This document shows positions 9,409 through 21,500 of a stretch of DNA of 64,000 nt, in pieces; positions within the stretch are counted from its first letter, which is position 1, and every line of letters begins with the position of its first letter. The DNA is from Lama glama (lineage: Eukaryota): assembly GCA_028534125.1 (NCBI GenBank), contig CM052849.1, forward strand, positions 682,001 to 746,000, in the 5' to 3' direction. A program made the position numbers and the translations under genes. Under the pieces are notes generated by a model. That model had not been told where the DNA came from, searched no databases, and was given only the letters and a program-made list of their open reading frames with translations.

Positions 9409-11549
9409 CTGGGAACACAAGAAACCAAGGGCATGAGCACTGGCCTCGCTGACCAACCTCACGCCACCCCAGCATCCCCACTGCCAGACACGGAGGGAAC
9501 TTGGCGACAAGTTGAGGAATGGAATGTTGAATGTGGCAGTAGCAGCCACGGCCGCCAGGAACCAGTGCAGTTTGCTTCACGTGGAGACAAGAAAGAATAG
9601 AAGCACCTCCTTGGCTCCAGGTGGGGCTGCCTGTGCTGAGAGGGGTTCTGGGAAGAGCCAGGCACTGTTATGAAAGTGACAGCAAAATCCCAATGAGTCA
9701 AGTGCCTACACCAGTCCAGGAGGCCCAGAAAAACACCTGCGTGTCCACTTTCACGGCAAAGTGTTACTTTATAAGTGGTACGCGCTTCTTACAGGAAGGC
9801 AGCAACCCCACCAACCCCACACATGACACACCCCAACTATGAGCATCTGCATCTGAGAGCAAGAGGCTATGGCCTCCTACCATCAGGATGGGGCAGCAGC
9901 TGCAGTCCCGGGCCCAGGTCGTCCGTCACAGCTGACTCCTCTTGCAGGGGCAGCAGTGCGAACTCGCTCAGGCACCTGCCCTGCTCATCAGCCATTGCTG
10001 AGTTTCCCTCTCTCACTCAGCAAGGGCAGCCTGAACCCAAGAAGGCTTTCTCCAGCTCCCACAAGACAATCCAGGAGAAAAGGACTCAGACGAGGCCAAG
10101 TCAGCCCGAACCTATGACCCCTTTCCATTACAGGTGCAAACAGAACCCCTGAAGGTGACAGAACTCTGCTGGAGGCCCCCCTCCCAGAGGGAGGGCCCTC
10201 ACCTTGTTTTGTTCAAGAACTTGACTGGCGTGATGAAGTCCTCAATGGGAATTAGCTCCTGGCTCGCCTTTTCCAGCCGTCGGATCCTCTTTTTCAAGCG
10301 GTCCTTTGCTGCCTGGTCCTTTTTGGGATCAACTTTTTTCTTCTTTCGCAGAGGCTCTGCTCTAAAGGGTAAAGCAAACATGAGATATGTTGCTCTTCTG
10401 TCTTGTGAACACGCAGAGACGTGGCGCCCGATGAAGCGCCCCCAAACGCACACTGAACTCTCGACTAGGTAAGGAACTGTGTGGGCCTGAACTCCTAGGC
10501 TGAGTGTGGCAGGGAGACCATATCCCGAGGGTCCTGCTGAGAACCCCGTGGGCACAGCCACCCCAGGAAGGGGTGGCGAAACTTCATGGGATGTCAGGAT
10601 AAATTAAAGGAAGGGCTCATCTTTACAACTGGGGTTCGGGGGCACCTTGAGGTAACACTGAAAAGTGAAAATACCAAACAGATGAATTAGAAGTTTATTA
10701 TTCAGATCTTGAATGGATTTGTGATTTATAACGTTGATTTGATAAGACTAAGAAAGTCTAGTAAAAATGACTGGCAAGTTCTTACTTTTCAAGATTTTTT
10801 AACAAATTTCCCCATCCCCGAGCACTGACAAAAGTTTGATTTACTCTGAGGAACACATCTCCTATGATGATAATAAACTACTGAGAACACATCAAATCCT
10901 CCGGTATCAAGACTGAGTTTCATGAATCAAATCCCTAGAAAGAATCCGGCATCCCAGGTGGAAAAACGAATCCTCACACATCGTCCTACCTCTCCAGGGA
11001 GCAAGAAATCAAAGTGCTAGGCTCTTTAAAACACACACGAATCCCTCCAAGGCTAGTTTTTCTTTAGGCCGCTTTTACACTTGGTTTTTGTTTTCTGATT
11101 ACAGGCAGTAACAGAGTTTCGTATGAAATGACAGAAAAAAGCTTTTGCGTGAATGTAACTGAGATCCTTTGCCAACCGAGCGCTGGGCGTCCTGGCGCGT
11201 GGGGTCCCCGCGGGCGACTGAGGCGGGGCCCGCAGCCGGGCTTACCTCATGGGCACGAGTCCCCAGAAGGACAGCAGCGAAGCCCGCTGGTGCGCGTCCC
11301 TGGTCTGCGCCGGCCACATTCCCAGAAGCCTGGAAGAGACGGCGCATGAATAAGTGCCTGACTCCGCCGCCCGCCCGCTGGGAATGGAGGACTCAGTGAT
11401 GACGCCCTCGTAACTGCTGGGTCAGGCCGCCAGGCCGATGGGGAGTCTTCACCCGCGTCTCCGCGCGTCCTGGGCGCCCGGCCGGGCCGCACTCACCTCC
11501 TGGGCGGGCGCAGAGCGCGCCAGGCCGCCCCCAGCGCCGCGGCCGCCAT
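9084..11549 (-). CDS. MRPL40: Mitochondrial ribosomal protein L40 (mL40), 206 aa; complement(join(9084..9408,10203..10361,11246..11329,11497..11549))
   Basis: Exons of 53/84/159/325 nt with GT-AG introns give [62 protein letters not shown]...[11 protein letters not shown]...[15 protein letters not shown]. The N-terminus is Arg/Ala/Leu-rich, like a mitochondrial presequence. Confidence 0.97.
10203..10361 (-). CDS. MRPL40: MRPL40 exon 3
   Basis: [14 protein letters not shown]...PVKFLNKT; acceptor tttag, donor GTGAG. Confidence 0.96.
11246..11329 (-). CDS. MRPL40: MRPL40 exon 2
   Basis: Acceptor ctcttccag; [27 protein letters not shown]; donor GTAAG. Confidence 0.93.
11497..11549 (-). CDS. MRPL40: MRPL40 coding exon 1
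   Basis: gagccATGG start on the minus strand, donor GTGAGT. Confidence 0.92.
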
Positions 11550-12254
11550 GGCTCCGGGTCGGCGACGGCGCTTCCGGGCACGCACCCCTCGGTGGCCAGG
11601 CCCGCCGTGCGTTGCTCACCAGTCCGGCCGCCGCGCCGCCCCGCGCTCCCGCGTTCCGGCCGCCGCGCCTGGCCCCGCCCCCGACGTGGCCCCGCCCCCG
11701 CGCCCGGTGCCTCGCACCTCGCGCCTGCCGGGGTCCTTATTCCCGCCGGCGCTGCCCCGGCCGCTCCCAGGCGACTCGGCCTGCGCCCCGCGAGGGCCGA
11801 GCCTGCAGTGCAGCCGGCCGTCCAGCAAGCGCGCCCGCTCGCGCCGGCTCTCCCGCCGGCGTCCGAGCCAGGGCCGCGGTGGCTGCACCCCGAGCGGCAC
11901 GTGGCCTGCGCTCGCGGGCGCCCAATGAACGCGCGCTCGGGCAGGCGGAAGCCAGTTAATTAGTCTGCTCGACACCGGCGGGCGGAGCCGCGAGGCCGTC
12001 CGCGCCGCGCCGCCCTGCCTGGCTCCGCCGGCCCTCCGCACCCCTGACCCTGCTCGCCCGCCCGCCTGCTCCCGGCCGGCCGTCCCCTCGCTCACGGCCC
12101 CGGGGGGCGGACCCGCCTGCCCGCCCGCTGGCCGGCCGAGGAGTCGGGCGGCCCGTGCGCGCGGGGAGCGGTTTCCCGCCGGGGCGGTTTGGCAGGTGCG
12201 CGCCGTGACTTCCGGCGTTGCCCGGGAGCCGCCGGAGGAGGAGCGGCGCAGGGG

Positions 12255-12428
12255 ATGCGGCTGTGGCGGCGGCGGCGGCGGCCGAGCGCGGGGGTCGGCT
12301 GTGGCGGCGGCGGCGGGGGGCGCGGGCCGGAGATGGCGCGGCGGCGCTGAGAGCGCGGGGCGGGCAGCGGCCGAAGGGCGGGCGGCGCGGGCAGCGGCGG
12401 CGGCGGCTCCATGGCTCGGGCGCGCTGA
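12255..12428 (+). promoter_or_regulatory. Upstream ORFs in the putative HIRA 5' UTR: 12255-12350 (31 aa, with internal ATG 12333 giving MARRR*) and 12411-12428 (MARAR*)
   Basis: ATG and TGA codons read directly; inclusion in the mRNA depends on the TSS. Confidence 0.65.
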
Positions 12429-12470
12429 GGGACGCGGCTCTCGCCTCAGCCCGGCGGCGGCGGCCGAACA

Positions 12471-12507
12471 ATGAAGCTCCTGAAGCCGACCTGGGTCAAC
12501 CACAATG
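12471..12507 (+). CDS. HIRA: HIRA exon 1 coding part ([12 protein letters not shown])
   Basis: acaATG, 37 nt, donor GTGAGT. Confidence 0.96.
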
Positions 12508-15500
12508 GTGAGTGCGCGCGGGGGTAGCGGAGAGCCGAGCCCGCAGCCGGGCCGGGGTCCAGAGCTGGGCGGGAGGCGCGCGCAGGCTCTGCCTGCCTGA
12601 CTCCGATGCCAGGTGCCCGGTGCCCCGGCAGCGGGAGCGGACTCTGCCCTCGCGCGGGGAGCTAGGGAGCTGGGCACGTGCTCCGCCCGGCCGCGGCCAC
12701 GTCCGCCCTCGCCCCCGGCCACCCACCCGTGGGCCGAGCAAGGGTCGCGGCCTGGCCCCGGGGAGCAGCCCTAGGAGCCGGCTGGGTCGTGCAGGGTGGT
12801 CCAGTGTGTGAAACCGGGCCGGAATCCCCGCCGTGGCCCTTCAGTTGTAGGGTGCAGACCTGGCATGGGCATGCTCTACCATGCGGAAGGGCTGGATCTG
12901 GTGACAGTGCCTCCAGTGGGGACTGTGGCTGCAGCCCAAGGCACCACGTGCACTCTGAGCTGGAGCATCTGGGTGACTTGAGTTGAGGCCCATAGGGCAG
13001 AGGTGTGTTCTGGAAGAGGGTCTTCCTTAGCTCTGTGGCAGGGGCTCCAAAGCACACCCTGGGAAACAGACTCATCCAGGCCTCTGGTTGGGAAGAGACT
13101 CATACAGTGAAACCCGTGGCAACCAGCAGTTTCGTCACAGTTCCATCTTGTCTGCACACCTGCTGCAGGAGTTGGACTTGCTCCCCAAGGAGGTGAGGGG
13201 AGAAAGTCACCACCTCCTTGTTGACAGTGCTGAAGCCCATGGGAACGACCCAGGGCCCACAGCTGGCTGGCCTGCCTGCCTGCTGATAGCAAAGGGTCAC
13301 CCTGATTCGTTCCTCTTTTCTACTTGGCTGTGTGACTAGAGGGAGCCACGGTTTTCTTTTAGAGCAAGTGGAGTGGATGGTCTTGCTTTTCTGAAGCATG
13401 TAGCTTTTAAGTTTTGAACTTGATCCCTGGACACTTTCCGCCTCTGTCTGTTCCTTCAGTCAGTGTTCCCCTGTCCCGTTTCCTGCAGGACGTCATCCTC
13501 ATTTTTCAGGCCTGGGTGAGGTCGCTTTCTCCTGATGTTACCGTTGATCCTGAGTTGCTCTGAATGTGCTCTGTTCCTGTGAGTGTGCACTCCGGGCACT
13601 CGCCACCGTGTTCTCTGTCACTGTCGGCAGTGCCTTCCACACAACGGGCACTTGATGATGTGGGCCGGCACAGCTGGGAGCTGAGGTGGCCCTGACCTAC
13701 AGAGACAGCGAGACTTACTGTGCGTGAAAGCAGAAGCGCGGGGGTCTAGTTTCGCCTCTCCTGTGTTGCTCTCCAAGAGCATTTCCTGACGTGAGTGTGA
13801 GCTCTTCTCTGGAGAACAGGGCAGACATTCAGTAGTTACACACCGTGGTGCTGGTGAATCAGGAAATGTCGTATTATGAGTTTGCGGCTGTGCGAGTGGC
13901 ATCTGAAGGAATTTGCAGTTTGCACCACTTTGCCTGGATGAGTTTGTGTGTGTAGCGGACCGTTCTCCAGTCTCTCTTCTGCCCTATAATTTCTCACTTG
14001 ATGGCAAACTTCTATGTAGAACACAAGTTTTATGCTGTGTAAGCATAAGTCAGTCAAGATGCTTAAGCAATTATTTAAGTGCAAATGAGTGAGAGTCTGT
14101 GACCAGGTCAGCAGCCAGTCATCCCAGCCTGGCAGAGTGGGCAGGGCAGTGAGCCTGGGGCCTCTCTGCCATCCTAGAGCAGAAACTGCGGTACCTGCCC
14201 CTCCGTCTTCATGGTCCAGTTACGGTGTTCTCTTGGGAAGGAAGACGGCTCTCCAGGCTATAAAGTGCTTTGGAAACCTAATAGACAGTGATCAAAGCAA
14301 TTGAGACTCTTTAAAACCTGTTCTTTGTCAAATTTCCTCTCTTTTAAAATCTCTTGAAATCCACCCTGTCCCATGGAGTGTTTGGCAGGGCTGTGGGGAT
14401 AAATTTCTGCTGTCCTGAAGGACACAATGATGGTCTGAATCACTGCTGAGCCTCCCGTAGAGACTGATGGGTGTTAGGAGCTGCCTGGAGTGGGGAGAGG
14501 GGTGGGCAGGAAAACTGCCGGCCGCACTTGGGATTAACAAACCAAGAGGAGTGTGGTGCTTTGGAGAGCGCACCATTGCACTTTCCGGCTTCCCAACTCT
14601 GCATTCTTGTCTCCTGACTCCTTATTCAGCTCAAACATACTTTTTCTGGTGTCTGAGTCCAGAGAGGGAAGGACCAGCGAGCCCTGCACTTTCCCTGTGG
14701 CTGTGGCTGGAGAGGGCAGGTTGAAAGCCCTGGAGAGGGCAAGTTGAAAGCCGAGGGGGAAGCAGCTACTGGGGGTGGGTGTGCTCTGGGTCTTCGTCTT
14801 TCCAGCCTTTGGTGATGGTAAGACCTCTTCTCTAAGGCAGGGTTTCTCAGTCTCTGCGCTGTGGACATTTTGGACCATGTTGTCGTAGAGACCAGCCTGC
14901 ATGTTTTGGGACGTTGGCAGCGTCCCTGGCCTCTCCCCACCCAATGCCAGTAGCACCTTCACACACATACCCTGTTGTGACAATTGAAAGTGTCTCCAAA
15001 TGTTGCCAGTGTTCCTGTTGGCCAGATCATCCCCATCTGAGAATCACTGTTCTAAGGTGATCAGGAAGTTCATAGATCTTTAAGTCATATCACAGTAACG
15101 AGCCTTGAACTTGGAATCAGACTGACTACCACACACCATCGTTTATCAGCTTTAAGTCTTGCACTTGTGGCTCCACTTCTGGGCCTCGCTAAAGCTGAAG
15201 AAACGTGCTCCTCCCTGCATTTCGCCGTCCCAGATGTAAAAGACTGTCTTTGATTAAGATGTGCAGCAAGAGCTGATGATGCTTCTCGTGTACACGGAAG
15301 TCATATGTTAGGCACTGTTGTCACACAGCCACCTTGTTTACTCTGTTCTTGGCTATAGTATTCCGTTAATATTTTATTTTAGGCTTGGCCAAAATAAGGT
15401 TCATTTCTAAGTTAGGTTATGACCATGTATTGGTCAGAAAGTGAAAGCAGTTTGGGCTTTTGGTTGTAGAAAAATGTATTTGTACGTTGAGAAAATTTTA

Positions 15501-18500
15501 TTGAGATTCACGGTTCTTCACGTCCCTGGGTCTTCGTTCTTGAGAGTCCTTCTGGAATTCTCACGGGGTTTGTGTGCAGCTCTGCAGTGAAGCCCATTCT
15601 AACCAGAAGGTCGGGGACTGAAAGACCTCGTCCTCCTTTGGCCTCTGGCTCACACTTTGATGGCAGTGTTGTAGAAAGGTGTTTGGCCAGTTTTCTATAA
15701 TGGGATGATTTGTCAGTTAATCACATTGCTGTAGGTGTGTGTTTTCTCTGTCCTGTGATCGGATTATTTCCCTGCCCTGTCTCACTCCACGAAGGATTGA
15801 AGACGCCCTGCTGAGACACACCGCATCTTGGGGAAGGGGGAGTGTGGGGAAGGGTGGTGCAACAATGGAGCCAGGTCGGGTGTGGACAGGCCCCACACAG
15901 CTACTGGGGCCTCTGCAGACCTATCTTGGTGAACGGGCGAGGAGGGACCCAGACTGACACGTTGTGATCACAGAGTCATTAAGATAAACCGGGCGGTTGC
16001 TCAGACCAGGGGTCCTCGGCCGGCCGTTGTCTGGAGATGTTCTTGGTTTCCCAGCAGGAGGGTTGCTGCTGGTGTCCAGTAGAAGGAGCACGGGATGGCT
16101 GCTGGTCACACTGCAGCACAGAAGACACTCCCCCGTGAGCACGTGGCGGTGCCTGGCTGAGAAAGTGCTCTGGGCAAGGAAAGCTTTACAGTTACCTGCC
16201 TTTTCACCTGTTTGTCTCATCCTTCCAACTAGGTCGTAAGCTTCTTGAAGACAAGAGTTGTGCCTTTTATTCTGGAATCATGTAGTCCTGCTCTTGAGTC
16301 TCCATGCTCTGCTGCTCAGCAAGTGTGTGTCACAGAAGGTTCTCGACACATCTCACACGGGTCGGTTTCATGAGGCCGGTAACAGCTGCTCACCGGCAAG
16401 GGCTCAGGAGATGCAAGCTCTCTTCACAGTCTCTCACTGTCTTATGCCTGAAGACAGTGGGTTGATTTAAAAAATAACCAGGTTTCATCTGGAGAAGATT
16501 CAGAAGAAGTGTGGGTGGAGTTTGCTGTGGGTAACCCACTTGTGGCGTTTTCACTGACTTATGCACCAGACATTGGATCCCTCTGGAGAGAAGTTCTGGA
16601 GATCAGAGGTGATGAGGAAGCTGTGTGCTAGGAGGAAGGGGAACAGGCCATGCTCCAGAATCAGGGCAGATGGCAGCCCCAGGAAGGAGGGCCTGGTTTG
16701 TTGGTGCGCCCTTGGGCTGAGTCTGGACCCAGGAGGACCGGAGGACCGTGAAGGCAGAGGCTGGATGGAGGAGGGCTGAGAGCCTCGGGAGGGAGCTGAA
16801 AGCTCTGTGGGAGTGGGACGGAGCAGGGATGTGAGCACGTGTCTGCCTTCTGCTGCAGGGGCAAGTCTTGATGGCCCTAAGCCGGAGTGTGGGTGACGGC
16901 CAGGGACAAGTTGGGGACCAGGCACAGGGGGGCCGTTCCAGCCGGTACGACTAGGAGGGGTGCTGCTGGGGGCTCGTGGGGAGTCGGGGAAGAAGGGGTG
17001 CTTGAGCCGCCCATCCCATCTCTCCTCTGGACTCCCCTACCCTGCGTGTGGCAGCCAGCCTGTGACCGCAAGGATGGGCCCACATGGCAGGACAGGAGGG
17101 GAGGGTGGAAAGTCGGGGCTCCTCGAGCTGCTCACCAGAGCACCTTGAAGCTGACCCTTCTTAGGACTGGCTGTGAGCTCCTGGGTTATCCGTGGTGCTT
17201 CTGTGACCTGTAGCACCTCTGACAGGACAGTTTGCAGAAGGAAGCGTAGGTTGAGTGAGGTGGGGGACCCCCGGGGCCAGACCAGAGGTGAGGGCCCTGC
17301 ATTACCTTCACCTGCTTGGTCACTAGGGGAGCAAGCTGGAACCAAGCAGAGGTCTCAGTGCTGAGGCTGGCCCCTTCGGCTTGGAGAGCTGGGCTACCTT
17401 TCCTCCTTGGGAATAGCCTCAGAAACCACGGGGTGCAGCTTGGGACCAGAACCCCCCAGGCAGGGCTGCTTCTGGCACTCAGGGGGCCAGGGCTTTCTGT
17501 TGAGGTGCCCAGTGCACCTTCTCTGGCATTTGGTTTTTGAGAGTCCTCCAGTCGAGGGGTATCAGCAGAATGTTCTCAGGGAGGAACTGGGGGGGTGGGG
17601 GAGCTATGCCCTAGTCGTGGACTTTGAGTCGGCCCCATTTGTCTGCTGGGGCCAGCTCGGTCCCGCACCCTCCCTCACACGGTCCCTGCTACCTGCTGAC
17701 ATCTGCTGTAGCCAGAGGTAGCTGACCACACCACTGAAAGTAAGCCCTCAGAGCGCTGAGCCAGGCCAGCAGCTCAGGGGCACGCAGTAACTGAGTGCGC
17801 AGGAGGTGGATGGGAGGTGGCCGGCAGACATGTAGCCCACCATGTCTGCTGCCTTGACTGGTAGAGTTACTTGTTTCATAAAACTTGCTGTTCATTCTGG
17901 CTGGTGCCACAAATACGTCAGACCTTGTGGTGGAGTCCGGTGGGGGTTCCAGTGACGCAGGGACACATTTCACCCAGGTCCTCCCCAGGGAGCCCACTTA
18001 CATAGTTGTGTCTTGCTGTTCTTTCAGGAGGGGGCATCGATGAAACAAAACAGATCGCAAATGCTGGCAAAATAAAAACCCATTTAGGTCAAAACTTGCT
18101 GCTTTTGAAAGCAATACCTGCCTTGATGCATTAGCCAACCCAGGGCAAGGAAGCTGCCTGGCCATAGCCCCGGCAGTGGGGAGCAGACAGAAGGCAGCAC
18201 AGCTCACTCGAGGGCCAGGATAGGCCTTCATCCAAGCGGACTCCTGGTCTCTGCACCCTCCAGCAGTTCCCGCACAGAAGGGCACTCGATGAATTCATCC
18301 CCTCAGCAGGTCATGAGAGTGATTGTGGGGCGAGGTGGGGGGCTGCACGTGGACTAGGCAGTGAGACTGGGAGGGCATCTGCGGGGCGTCCTGTGTAAGA
18401 AGGGGATGCCAGGAGGGGCGTACTGGGGGCATCACAAATGGGGCGTCACAGTGGTGGGCGGGTGGGTGTGGGAGAAGCAGCAGACAGGTGAGCCTGGGGT

Positions 18501-21500
18501 AGAGGTGGTGGGGAGAGTTTTAAATGCAGTGCTTTGTGGCACATGTGAGCAGAGACCTTGTTGTGAGTGGAGAATTACTGAGGAGCTCCTGGGGGGCTTT
18601 ATTCCTAGAGGGAGGGCCCCTGGACGGGCACAGTGGCCACCACATAGGCCTGATGGAGGTGAGAGAGGCTGCCGGCTGAGGGAGGAGCCAGAAATTGCCT
18701 GGTGGGTTTGAGGAGGAGTCGGGATGGTGGCGGAGCTGGAACCGACAGTACCCAGGACCCGTGGGCACTGGTTCTCAGCATGATGGGCGCAGAGGAGGAA
18801 GGCGGCCTGAGGAGGGTCTTAGAGGTCTTTCTGTGCTGGGACTCAGCGGGCAAGGGGGCAAAGGGGAACTTGCCGCAAGGCTGCAGCCCTGGTCTGGGCA
18901 GGGTGACCAGGTGGTGTTGGCGGCTGAGAGAGGGCTGGACCCAGAGTGTCATGAGCATTGGGAGCATTACACGAGTGTTTGTATGTGTAATTTACATAGT
19001 GAAATGCACAGGCATTAAGCCTACTATGTGATGTGTTTTCACAAACACGTGTTCCCCCATCAGAGATTTGGAACGTTTCCTCCTCCCCAGAAAGTTCCAG
19101 TGAATGTGGAGTCGCGAGGTCAAATGTGGGGTGTGAGGTAAGGGGGCAAAGGGGACCCCATGGAATCAGTGAGACTGGGAAAGGGGCAGCTAGGGAGGGA
19201 GGGAGCAGACCGCACAGGGCCTTCCCAGACTGCCCGCCCGGGTCTTGCCCTGCCAGACGCTCTGGCTCCAGCTAGGGCTCCTTCTCGGACTTGGTCTCCA
19301 TCCTGGACTCAGACTGCTGTTGAGAAACAGGGTGGCTCCTTCTCTTTTTGGCTGTGACAGTTGCCAAATCTGATTTTACTAGGATGCCTTAATGTTGTGT
19401 GCGGATCTGGATAATGAAGCACTTTGTGGTTTGATACTTGTCATTCGGAAAATATAAAATAATTTTTTAATAAAAGTAATACCTGTTCAGTGTAGGAAAA
19501 ATGAGAAAATGCAAAAAGAATACATTGTTAAAACTTTTTTATGTGGTCTCTCAGACCATTTGGAAAATATAAGAGGGTAATTTGGTGCTATTTATTATGT
19601 ATACCAGATTATAAAAATATCTGAATTGCTTAAAGTCTTAGCCCAATGCCCAATATCATTGCAAATCCATTGGGTTTTTATTTTTTTTTGAATAGCCTCC
19701 CTTCAGACAGCTAAAGTGTTTCCACTGCATCTTCCATATAAATAATATTGTAGATCTATTTTTCTTTTTTTAAATTGATAAACAACATTGTATTAGTTTC
19801 AGGTGTACAACGTAATGATTCGATATTTGTATATGTTGCAAAATGATCACAGTGAGTCTATTTAACATCTGTCACCTCACATAGTTACAGGATTATTTTT
19901 TCTTGATGAGAACTTTTAAGATTTACTCTCTTAGCAACTGTCAAATATATGATACAATATTAACTGTAGCATCATTTTCTTCACTGTGTGGTTGTTAAGC
20001 TAACAGATTTTCCCCCTATGGGGAGGGGTGTTGTTTCAGTCGCTCTTAACTTTCTAATGGAACCAGGTAGGAGAGATGACTGTATTTATGGAACTTCATC
20101 TTGCAGATAATTTTCAGGGAATATCTCTGTTCTGTAAAATTAGAGGAGAAAAGAGTATGAGGAAACACCAGAACTTTCTTGATTATATGTTGGCAGAAGC
20201 TGCAGGAGTGAGTAAGGTTTGCACACGATGTACCTGTCACTTTCTTCAACTCTAATTCGTGGCAAAAACAACAGAAAACGGTCACGGGGTTGCTACAGCT
20301 TCCTTCCTGTGCTGTGTGCGCTCTCAGGCACCTGGCACCCTGACATGTCCCTGTGGTTGCGCTGACCTGAGGGGACTGGAGAGGTCGTTGTGGTTGATAG
20401 CGGGAGAGATGACAGCCACAGACACTCAGACACTAGCCTGAGTCCCCTCCTTGGGAGAGCAGGAGCCTGCCTTCCTGATATCAGGGTGCCAGTGGTACTG
20501 AGGAGTGTTAGAATCTGGGATCTTTGCTCTGGGCCTTCTCAGCCACGAACAACAGCAGGTGTTTACTGAGCGCCAACTGTGTGCCCAGCCACTAGGTCCT
20601 GGGGACCGCGCCATGGCTGAAACAGACCACATCACTAAGCTCTTGGCACAGACCTTCCGGTGGGTAGAGTGGACAGACGTCCAGTGGAGGAAACTATACG
20701 TGTGCAAGAGGTTGCTCCAGGGGCTGGGGAGGGAGTGCTTTCAGGGAGGGAGGTTAGGGTGGGCCTCAGAGAGAGGACCAGGCTGGGTTGGGTGCTGCAT
20801 GGTAGCACCCCATGCCATCTGAGAGCAGAGAGGGGCCAGGGGCCAGCAGATGAGGCCAGGGAAGTTGCAGCGAGTTGTGCAAGCTGTTGTGAGGGCTTAT
20901 TGTTCTCCTGTCCAAGGTGGGCAGGTTTGGGCTGGAAAGACCAGCAGTTATGTTGTGATGAAGTTAAGGATGAGAGGCCAGTGGCAGCTGGATAGGTACC
21001 TGCCCCCGAGAGCAATGGGGCAGGAGTCTCCCCAGGAGGTTCTCGTTATAGCCCCTCCTGCACAAGAAAAGGATCGGTTTTGTTATGACAGCCACTGGTG
21101 TTTTGATATTTAGCTGTGTTAATTACCTTTGTGTTATACACATGCATATACACAGCCTTTAGAAAACAGACTGTGTATGTGTTTGTCCCTCACAGAGAGA
21201 GTCTCTGTATGTTTTGCCCAGTTTCTCCCAGTGGTCACATTTTGCCCAACTGGAGTGTAATGTCACATGAACACTGGCAGACTCCAGAATCTTACGCTGA
21301 TTTTCCCACATTTATTTGTGGCGCTTGTCTGTGTGGACATGGCCGATAAGCAAGTCCTGCGCTCATTTTCACTGTGTGTAGGTTCGTGGATGCGCCACAG
21401 TCAAGACCGATTAGTTCCACATTTTTTACAGCCACACCCACCTCCCTCCCAGGCCCCTCCAGCTTATATACATATTGGTTTGGTTTGGTTTGATTTTGGT

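Larger units (their letters stand above)
11180..12830. promoter_or_regulatory. CpG island / bidirectional promoter shared by MRPL40 (-) and HIRA (+)
   Basis: Very high GC and CpG; divergent start codons at 11549 and 12471. GC boxes at about 11672-11700, E-box CACGTG 11898-11903, CCAAT near 11922, ETS-type cores (cttccgg 11571, gcggaag 11945, acttccgg 12208), E2F consensus TTTCCCGC 12172-12179. Confidence 0.9.

Noticed and set aside
11548-11928. Plus-strand 126-aa ORF with perfect Kozak gccgccATGG
   Set aside because: The context is the reverse complement of MRPL40's own ATG GCG GCC start within a CCATGG palindrome; no evidence for a transcript and the product is low-complexity.
12265-12282. 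(GGC)6 as an expansion-prone repeat
   Set aside because: Short and typical of CpG-island 5' UTRs; covered under the uORF finding.
11616-12722. 368-aa minus-strand ORF and other long overlapping ORFs across the CpG island
   Set aside because: Ala/Arg/Pro/Gly low-complexity product expected from very high GC (few stop codons); non-ATG start; no recognisable domain; overlaps the promoter and HIRA exon 1.
13060-13198. Possible alternative HIRA first or cassette exon ending at GAG|GTGAGG (13192)
   Set aside because: Only a plausible donor motif; no ATG-initiated frame or other support.
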